Shown piece by piece: positions 49,813 through 59,251 of a DNA stretch of 64,000 nucleotides. Origin of the DNA: Psilocybe cubensis (lineage: Eukaryota); contig CM038999.1 of assembly GCA_017499595.2 (NCBI GenBank), forward strand, positions 186,001 through 250,000, in the 5' to 3' direction. A program made the translations under genes and the position numbers. The notes below the pieces were generated by a model. The model was given only the letters and a program-made list of their open reading frames with translations. It was not told where the DNA came from and searched no databases. Each line of letters begins with the position of its first letter. Position 1 is the first letter of the stretch.

Positions 49813-52300
49813 TTACTTTTTGGAGGCCCTTCCTCTGGGTTTTTTGGGGGAAGGTAGCGTCTCTGGCTCCTCAGCTGCTTTGCGCTTTCCGCTTCTTCCA
49901 GCACGAGTCCTCGTCGCCGCATTGAACACCTTGGGGTCCACCTTTTCCTTCCCTTTTTGCTTTGCCTTCCCTTTCACCTTCTCAGCGGGTGCCTCGTCAT
50001 CGCTTGGCTCAGGGGATGACAGATCAGAGGATCTATGATCCTCATTGATCTTGTCCATCTCGACATCTTTCGGCAGGTGGTCTGGCGCTGGGGGCATGGG
50101 TGACGGCGGCTCTTCATGGCCCGGACTCGGCGGCAAGTTGGATCCCGCGGTTGATCCAACTTCGCGATTTTGACGCGGTGGTGACATGGGGCCCGGTGGT
50201 GATGGAGGTGCCGACGATCCAACTTCACGATTTTGAAGTGGTGGCGATATGGGCTCAGGAGGCGGCAGGGGTGGAGACGACGGCGAATTTGAAGATGCCA
50301 GAGAAGAAAATCGAGGAGGAGCCGGGGAAGCAGGAGGTGGGGAAGCAGGAGGCGGAGAGGGAGGGGCTGGGGAGGGAGGGGCTGGGGAAGCAGGAGGCGG
50401 GGAGGGAGGGGCCGGGGAAGGAGAAGGAGGCCGGGGAGTAGGTGATGCTGAGTGTGAGGGTTAAGCAGACTTGTAGCTGGCAGAGTGGACAGACTTACCA
50501 TGTTTGCCCTCTAGCCTCATTTCACCTAACTTCGACTCCATACTCTTCATCACCTTCTCCATTGACTCCATTTGAGCTTTCTGCCTCTCAGAAAGCTGAG
50601 TCAAACTTGTGACTCTGGCATGGAGCGAGGTAAGGCTGCTATGGAGAGCAGCATTCTCCTCACCCACCTCACCCAGCTTGGCGTAGAGTTGCACCAGCAA
50701 CTCCCCAACATCCTTTGGAACTGGAAGTTCCCCCTTCTTCCCTTGTCCGGGAAGATCAGATCCCGCCGTCTTCTCGGCACGCAAAATCTCCGTGTACTCC
50801 ACAATTGGAGTCGTCAAAGTCATCCCAGGCGGCTTAACGGATCGTCCCGGGAACAAGTCGCACTTGGTCTTGTTGCGACGGCACAAGACACAAGCCCGAG
50901 AGTACTGAGGGATCAAAGTCGATCCCTCAGTGGCAAACCCAACGATGGTTTGCCCCCTTTCCATCTTGCATCTCCTCTTCCTTGCTTGGCAGGCCTTGCA
51001 GGAAGGAGTGACGGTGACGAGGTTTTTCTTCTGGTCTTCAGCCTCTGAGCGACGGCGTGCCTTCTTGAGGGGAGCCTCGTTGTCCTCTCCTCCTTCCTCC
51101 TCGCTATCCTCACCCTCACCCTCACCCTCACCTTCATCTTCACTTCGGTCCGTATCCGTCCCGATGGTGGACTTCGACTTGGAAGCAGGCTTTTTCCTGC
51201 TGCTGCTGGCCTTCGGCGGAGCAGACGTCTCCGGCTTTGCAGGTGTCTTTCGGGCTGATTTTCGGACCCGCGGCTCGCTTTCACTCCCGGAGGAGATGAC
51301 TGTTGGAGGCGGGGCTTTGCCTTTGCCCTTGTCGACCTTTGAAGGGCGCATAGTGTCGGCTCCGGAGCCTTCCGCACTGGAATCTACGGTCGGCTTGGAT
51401 TTTTTCTCCGTCCTGCTTCGTTTTTTTGGGTGGGTCTTCATCTCCTCCCTCTCCCTCTCCCTCTCCCTCTCCCTCTCCTCCCTCTCCCTCTGCCTCTCCC
51501 TCTTCTCCTTCTCCTCCCTCTCCCTCTCCCTCTCCTCCCTCTCCCTCTGCCTCTTCTCCCTCTCCTCCCTCTCCCTCTCCCTCTCCCTCTCCCTCTCCCT
51601 CTCCCTCTTCTCCTTCTCCTCCCTCTCCCTCTGCCGCTTTTCCTTCTCCTCCCTCTCCCTTTGCCGCTTTTCCTTCTCCTCCTTCTCCCTCTGCCGCTTC
51701 TCTTTTTCCTCCTTTGCTCTCTGCTGCCTTTCCCTCTCCTTCTCCTCCCTCTCCCTCTCCCTCTCCCTCTCCCGCTTTGCCTCCCTCTCTTTCTCCTCCC
51801 TCTCCTTCTTCTCTTTTTCCTCCTTCTCCTGCCTCCTCTTTTCCTTCTCGCGCTCTCTTTCCTGTTCCTTCTCCTCCATCTCATTGGCCTTGGTTTTACT
51901 TTTTCCCTCTTTTTCCTTTCGCTTTTTGCTCTCTCTGGCGTATTTATCGAAGTTCTCCATTTGTTTGCGGAGCTCCGCAAAGTCGACGACAAATTCGCGT
52001 ACAGTTCGACCTTGGTTGTCAGAACCGTCGCGGCACGCCTTGTTGATGATGGGGCCGATGTAGTCGAAAAGCCGATAGGCTTTGGGATTGCGGGTGTGGA
52101 GGGGGAACACCTTGGCCTATTGAGGTGTAACAATGTAAGTTATGTTTTTCTGTGATGTGGAGTCTGTTACTTACCAGTTCTGTCCACAGCACCTCGATTC
52201 TTGACCCAAAAATCTTCTCGCCGGCGTCGATGGAGGAACGAGCCATGTTCTCCCAGTGTTCAACATCGGTCTTGAGGGATGCGGAGGAGGTGGAAGCCAT
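49813..52300 (-). CDS. KDZ-2 accessory gene: E/R/K charged helix, Zn2Cys6-like cluster, coiled coil, Pro-rich tail
   Basis: [11 protein letters not shown]...[11 protein letters not shown], followed by heptads [26 protein letters not shown]; exons in ORFs 52019, 50461 and 49813. Confidence 0.75.
51440..51880 (-). repeat. (GAGAGG/GAGAAG)n coding microsatellite encoding an ER/K-rich helix
   Basis: Almost pure pyrimidine on the + strand; translates as [12 protein letters not shown] repeats. Confidence 0.9.
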
Positions 52301-52842
52301 GGTATAGATCGAAGGTCGCGTGATGGGTTCGAAAGTCGCGTGGATGAGAGGAGAGACGCGTAGACGAAGCGCGTAGAGTGAGTGGAAGTGTCAAGGTTAG
52401 AAGTAAAAAAAAAAAGTCCGAAGTCCAAAATTGAACATGTCCGAAATTGGACTTCAACACAAACAAGTGCAATCATAAGTCAGGTGATTGCACGACAACT
52501 TATACAGCAAAAATGTGCGAAGTTCGCATTCACACGGCATGCATTGCTCCGATCAGGTGAGCATATTTCACGGAGCACAGTGTTCCGCGATAACATTTCA
52601 CGGGACGGTAGCCATGGTCCGATATATAATCAACCTGGGTCCGATATATATAATCAACCTGGCCAGTTGAAATTGGGATTGGAATGCCTACTTCTTCCCC
52701 TCATAACCTTGTCATTGACACCACCTCTCTAGACAGGCTTACTTATTTACTCGACCAACTGAAAAAGCCTCCTCCAAAGAAGATCAGTAAGTAATCCTAC
52801 TGCAATCTACCTGAGCGGTAGTGAAAATCCCCTGCAGTTACA

Positions 52843-54241
52843 ATGCCCACCCAATCAAATCCAGACAGCTCAGATCACAAACATAGCACACCCACAATAT
52901 ATGCCATTGATCCTAATAATTTTCCCGAAATATCACCCCCTTCTGCTACAAGTAAGATGTTCTTTTCATAATATATGATTGACTCTCACCTATCCACAGA
53001 CACATCCGATGAGGAGAGTTCGGGAAGTGATGAATCTTCCGATGATGGTTCGGGAAGTAATGACTCCCCCGATGACGGTTCGGGTGACAACAAATCCTCC
53101 GGTACCGGTTCGGGAGATGATGAATCTTCCAACAACGGATCCGAATCTGCCGATGAACAAACTATACCTTTGAATGATAAGGGCAAAGGAAAGCAAAAGG
53201 TCAACCTCGCAGTAAATGATAACTCTTTTGTTCCACCCCCAGATTTCGGTATGTCTTGACAACACCTTTGAATGGATCTGCTGAAAATACTCTGAATATG
53301 AAGATTCCAATTCTGAGAGAGACTCATCCTCTCCTATTGAAGAAGTACAGACACACCTTGCTGTAAATGATTCTTCATTTGTACCTCCTCCCCCACCCTT
53401 GGGCAAGTTAACTTTACTTTACTAAGTGTAATTTCTCTGACTGCATCTCTGAATTCTACTAGATGTCATTGATTTAGATTCCTCCAGTGAGGATGCCCAA
53501 TCCGTCGTGGCAATGCAAACTTCCCGATCTTCGGCGCAGTTTCTTGCGCCGAAGCCTTCAGCAACTATCTCCTCCGCCATAACGGCGGCTTCCTCTTCCA
53601 CCGAACTACAGATCAATGAGCCTACCGCGGAGGAAACTCCCACTGTTCCCACCATTACTCCCATTATTTCCTACACATCTGTTGTAGATTCCATTATCCT
53701 CGAGTCTCGTCCTATGGTATCGACTGAGAGAAAGGGTGGACACTACTCCCCACCCCCCGAGGCATGCCATCTTCTACTTCGAAATCCCTATTTCAGGACA
53801 TACGGTAGACCTGACCCCATGGGAAGTTATCCAAGCGGTAGCCCTCCAACAGCTAAGGAAATTGAGTATGATGAGGTAAAGGAAAGGACAAGCTACTTCA
53901 ATCCACCTTTTCTTTTTGTATGTTTCTAAGCTTTTATTATTGGCAAGACATCTGACTTGTATTTCTAGAACTATACAGAGCAGCAGCTTCGCCAATCTCA
54001 TGACAAAATCAAGCATACCAGGTTGGGAGATAACAGTTACCTCAACAAAGCTACTACACTAAAGAATCTCACCCTCAATCAACTGCAAACTCAAATTTTG
54101 TACAGCAATGCTTTGAGCGAGATTGACGATGGAATAGCTATTGTAGAGAATGACCTTGAGACATTGATAAAGTATAGCCCCGCGTAGACAAATAAATGTA
54201 TTTTGTGGTTTCTAATTTACAGGAGCAAAATGTGTCGGTAG
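52843..54241 (+). CDS. KDZ-2 terminal gene of unknown function (acidic Ser-rich repeats; C-terminal helical region)
   Basis: Exons in ORFs 52975 and 53507 and near 53970-54170 with GT-AG introns; 30-bp degenerate repeats at ~53010-53150; boundaries approximate. Confidence 0.5.
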
Positions 54242-56775
54242 ACCACAGAGCCGTTGTCGGTAAAGCTGCTTCCCGTCATCAGTTTCGGGGCAAAATGCTT
54301 TGGGAAACCACGGAGCCGGTGTCGGCAAGGCTGTACTTCCCGCAAGCAGTCGGCTCCGAATTTTGCCGTGATGCGCAGACGGGTCAAATATGACGGTCCG
54401 TCATGGGCCAGCGAGGGGGCCATTTATTTATAAATGGCCCGTGTGGCAAGGGCTAAATTAGCCGTTCCAGCTGGACCGTAGGGGACGGGCTATTTTTAGT
54501 TTAGTACTTATTGTAAATCACTCCGTATGTTACGTTAATTCATCATTTTTAAATATATCGTAAGGTACGTAATTATACAACTGTCCTATGTGGGTGCACC
54601 CATTCAAAGCAGCGATTGTGAGAGGAGTGTACTTCTTGGCTGTCCGAACGTTGCAAAAGTCATCCCAGAAGAACGGCACCCGGAGATCGTAGTATGCAAT
54701 GACGTGGCCTGGATTGAACCAATTGAACCCAATCCGAGGGTCAAACAGCGGAAAATTGGGAGTTTGGACCACAAAATTATGCACAGCCTCAGTGGGATAT
54801 GATTCTGCATCACAGTTGCCGATGTGAACCGTCCAATTCTGATACGCATACTCGAGTAAAGGAGCATTGTGAGATTTTACCAGAGCTTCAAAGGCAGCAT
54901 ATGGCAACTTTTCCAGTGTGGTAAAGTGGAAAGCAGTCAGGTAGGAAATGCATGTCTTTGCAATAAACGCGTGTGGTGACTGGATCAGATTCTCAGGGTG
55001 ATCATTCAAAAACTCGTATGCTGTATGATCTAAACAGTCCTTTTGTCAATACTGCCCCAACAATCGTGCAAATCTGGGGTGACTCACGGACAAGGCGCAC
55101 AGTTTGACTTATTGGCTGAATTTCAATGAGCCCACAGGACGAAGTGATAAGCGTATCTTGGGCAGGAATGTCTCTGTCATTGAATGTGCTCCCTTCCTCC
55201 CGCATAGCAAGTGCATGTTCGAGCTCAGCTATGGTTAATGGGCGACGAGCGTACATGATCCAAGTAATGGCGCGTTTCGCAAAGGACGGGTATTCCCCCT
55301 TTTGGGAATTAATCCTGCCCATAAGGGAGAGATACATTGATTGTACATCGTCGGGCAGTCCATCTAAACTATTTGATAAGCTTGTCATGGTGGTGTACCC
55401 CTGTAAGGACTGTGACTTCAGTGTTGCAAGTAGGAACCTAAAAATGAATCAATAATATATTTAAAATGTCATAGAGAAATTGACTCACATTCCGCTAGAT
55501 ATAGTCAAGATCTTATCGCATATTTCCTCCAGAAATCCCTTGTTTCTTCGCAGTATCCGAGAAACACTAGCCGTCCGTGGTATGGCATCGTGGAGAAATA
55601 GGCGAATATCCTCATGATTTTGGTCCCCTATGTTCATGTGTATAGTGTCCTGTGGAAAATCAAATACCTCGAAACCAATCTTTCGTGATGTGACCAATAA
55701 TGAAACCGGAAGGCCTCGGAAAATAGACATGAGTTCAATCTGTTCACGATCCGGCAACTCGTCCAGACCATCCAGTAAAAGTCGACCATTTTTGAAACAG
55801 ATTAGCATAGTGTAAAGTATTGTGACTAACTCGGTCTTTGAAGGTCTGCTTCGTTGTGTTCGATGCACATCATACAAGTTATGGACATCCTCTGTAACCG
55901 ACGGAAGGTGTCTGTACATTGTGAGCACCTGGCTAATCAGGGACCCCAAATAATTCGATATATTCCAGGCTTCGTTGTGTCGACAGTACAGGAAGAGAAC
56001 AGCCTCGGAGCCAGAGACATCTGCAAGGCAAAACCTCATGAGGTATTCAATAACAATTGCCCTAGTTTGTGTGAATAAGAAATAAATATAGAATTTGTTC
56101 ATCTAAACTCACGCAATAACAGTCTTTCCTGAGCCAGCAATTACACAGGCATTTAGTCGTGGCAATTAGTGAAACAAAATAATACTCACGCTTCCCATCC
56201 AGCAACAGGATACTTCTTTGACCAAACATCCATTTCTTGAATTGGGGAGAAGACAGAAACCACTCTCCAGTTCCCGGTGTTCGCTTTGAAAGGGTATCAT
56301 AATGAATTGATTCTGATGCTATCGGCGATAACCATTCTACAATATTACGAGTTTCTACACATATCATCAGGTTTGTCACGCAAATTCTGAGGGTTCTGCG
56401 ATAAATACCCTGATTACGGCCATGCACATGTTCATTTCCTATGTATACCGTCTCCCCTGCAACAATCGTTGGATTATAAAGGTTGGTGAAGCTAGCATTG
56501 GGATACGCCCGAAATCCTGCAACGGTCAGGCACGCTGTTAGCAGACAACTCGGCGCCCAGCAACTTGGCTGAAACCATACCTGTCGAAGCCACCGAATTA
56601 TGTGAAGTGTTCATTGATCGTCGAGAGTAAAATAATGGCGTTGACTGTTTAGGTCTGCCAAAGGAGATGATGGGAGGGAAGGCTTTCTTGAATTGGCTTC
56701 GGTGCTCCATTTAAGCATTATACTTGCTGCACTGCCCTCGCGTATTCAAGTTATCGCTGTAAGTGTGATAATTAA

Positions 56776-59067
56776 GGGCATACAGAAATCAGCGTGGCTG
56801 CTCGCGTGCGTGCGTTTTTGCGTGTGCTTGCGTGACACGCATTTTTGCGCAAGAACTATGTTCTGCACGCATATTGATGTGTGCTGCACGCATTGTCACA
56901 GCTGTGTCACACGTAGGATTTTAATGTAAAAGTGCTCGTTAGCGTTTATTTATAATTATTTGGTGCGTAATAATGTATTGTTAGTATGCCCTTGTACTAT
57001 GCCGGCCACCACCATGGGTATCAAGCAGTTAGGATGTAGGTTATTACATTGTTTATGCTGTATTTGAACTAATTAACATCATATATGCCTTTAAAAGTCT
57101 ATAATACATGGTACGTGTAGGTGTTTGAGGCTCGGAACCGGTAGAACTTCAATTTGTTGTTACAGGGCCATACAAACAATGAACTCAAGTGACAAGGGAT
57201 GGTTTGGTATGCCGTGTCCCTCGGCGTGTGCCTTGCAACAATCTCCGACTCCCCAACCAAGAGTCGGCAATAAGATCGGCAAAGGTTTATGATCGGTAAT
57301 ATCCGATCAAACGGTGAACTTGGAGAAACACGACAATTTTGTCTATTTGACATGCAACTTATGTTGTTCAACGACCACCAGCGTGACACCACAGCACGCT
57401 AGGTGCACTCAAAGGCACGCATTTGCCACGCAAGCAGCACGCGACCCACTTTCCCACGTTAACGCGATGGCACGCGACGGCACGCAATAGCACGCGACCC
57501 AATTAAGTGCGTGTAATTGGCACGCAAACAGTTGTGATCTGCACGCGATGGTCCCGCAAGCACTTTAAGATTGCACGCTAGTACGAGATAATGCGTTTTG
57601 TATTATTCTACTGCAAAATATGTTTGGATGTACCATTAGATATATTGAATGTTTCAAAGATTCAAATAAATTAAAAAGTGAAACTCAAAGTATCCGATGA
57701 AGACTGCATGGAGATTGATGACGCTAAGTCCGACACTGGAGAGTCAGAGCGTCCTGACACGCCTATAGTAGAGAACCATCTTGATAAAGAGGAAGATCCA
57801 CCGAGTTTGCTGGATGGTGCTAAATGTGAGGTTGAAGGGGAAGAACCACCGAATTCGCTGGATGGTAAACAAATGGAAGAATAGGTCCCACCTAATGGTT
57901 CAGATTCTGGCAGAGAATCCTCGCTCCCCCATTCTCAAGTTTCATCTATGCCAGATCCACTCTTCTCCACTAATTGTCGCTGTGGTGCCACCGGTAACGG
58001 AAAAATACTATATCGTGATGATCTTGAAGGTGCAGTCATACAGTGCAACTCCTGCCAAGAGTTGTCGCATATAGCTTGTCAGCGTCATGGCAGAGCGTGT
58101 AGGCTTCACATAAAGGATACATTCACATGCCATCATTGCAATCTCGATGTTTTGGAGAAGTTTGATCGCAGACAAGTCTCTGAGTGCAGGTATTAACTCC
58201 ACTCTAAGTTTGTTTTACACTATTAAATGTCAATTCTTTTTGTTTCAGGGAGATGGAAGATCGCACTCTCTCAAAGAAGCCCTTACACGAACGACTTCGA
58301 CGAGGAAGGGAGTTTTGGCAAAGCACGGATCATTCTGGTATCCCGCTCGTTTAATTCATCTGAAGAACAACGAAGGTTTATTTGGCGTACGCTGGTGGCG
58401 AGGTTGCCAATTTCAGGATCCTGGAGTAAAACCTGATACTGTGAGCTTTGTGGGTCAATTAGATATCGTTGACTTTGTGGGGTGATAGATACGGACGTCG
58501 TCAGATCCAGGTCAGTTCATCTATGTGGCTGAAATAATCCTACATATAATCATAGATATTTTGCTCGGAAAATGGGAACAAGCATCTCAGATCCCCACGG
58601 ACGATGATATACTGTCCGATCCATAATCAACTCCTTATTCATGTGAAGTAGACGAGGCTCTCACACCGGCAAAGAAGATACTGTAAGACCTTCTTTGCGA
58701 AAAGGTTGATTCAAACCTTGTTCCTGCAAAAGCTTGGCTGGAAAGCAAGAATAAGGACATCTTCAAAACCATCATTCCCTGGATGACAATTAGTTGTTTA
58801 GTACAACTGAATGCGTAGCATACTACATTCCTTGCAGAAAATAGTGTAATATACATTGATTTTCATGCGAATATTATACAGAACTTTGCACGCAAATAGC
58901 ACGGTACTTCAACAACGCTGCACGCGTTTCAACATCATGTACACGCAAGACATAGCATTTCGCACGCAAAGTCATGTGAAAGACACACAAATTTGCTGAT
59001 TCGCATTTATGCGTGGCACGCAAAAATAGGTCGCACGCGGGCTAACCACGCTGATTTCCTGGTGCCC
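56776..59067. mobile_element. MULE-like non-autonomous element, 2,292 bp
   Basis: 9-bp TSD GATAATTAA at 56767-56775 and 59068-59076. Imperfect TIRs GGGCA..GAAATCAGCGTGG..CGCGTGCG..TTTTTGCGTG. Many GCACGC/GCGTGC subterminal motifs. No transposase core seen. Confidence 0.85.
57678..58800 (+). pseudogene. PHD-finger plus Tudor/SH3-like barrel fragment inside the MULE-like element
   Basis: CRCG...IQCNSCQELSHIAC...FTCHHC (C4HC3), then VLAKHGSFWYPARLI...VRWWRGC; stops and frameshifts downstream. Confidence 0.65.
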
Positions 59068-59251
59068 GATAATTAAGATAATCCAATTGCAGTGTCATTC
59101 ACGACGATCATATCAATCAACACTATAAATACCAGTAGAGTGTCAGTGTGAGTACACATGTACTTGTTTTTGTTCTTTCCGGGATATGTAGCCCTAGGGT
59201 AGCATATCCGGCAACCATAACGGACAGCCATAGTAATTGGGTTGCTTTATC

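Larger units (their letters stand above)
38821..54592 (-). mobile_element. KDZ DNA transposon 2, CxC2 type, 15,772 bp, carrying TET/JBP; apparently intact and recent
   Basis: 248-bp TIRs (38821-39068 and 54345-54592) with one mismatch seen. TSD GGTGCAC at 38814-38820 and 54593-54599. The empty site is visible in paralog NLR 1 at ~28930-28944. Confidence 0.96.
36228..56614 (-). pseudogene. Fungal NLR copy 2: short N-terminal motif, NACHT, winged helix, ankyrin repeats; interrupted by KDZ-2
   Basis: ATG at 56614. TPGTGEWFL, GK|AGSGKT, LLLDGLDE, RRPLTIAELEHALA. Ankyrin 1 (TPLTIAALNGC|TTVVEALL) is split at 54593/38820, and the remaining repeats are open to 36228. Confidence 0.92.

Noticed and set aside
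50930-52155. Overlapping poly-LP, poly-SP, poly-SL and poly-RG ORFs
   Set aside because: Alternative frames of the stop-free (GAGAGG)n microsatellite; only the frame containing the Zn cluster is credible.
52617-52662. Tandem repeat GATATATAATCAACCTGG between divergent KDZ-2 genes
   Set aside because: Could be a duplicated TATA-like element, but two copies alone do not support a regulatory call.
54530-54592. Identical peptide HIGQLYNYVPYDIFKNDELT ending two different ORFs (also 38821-38883)
   Set aside because: Simply the TIR read inward from each end, not a protein domain.
8183-54592. Starship-type giant element
   Set aside because: No tyrosine-recombinase captain gene; TIRs, TSDs and KDZ transposases explain both large inserts.
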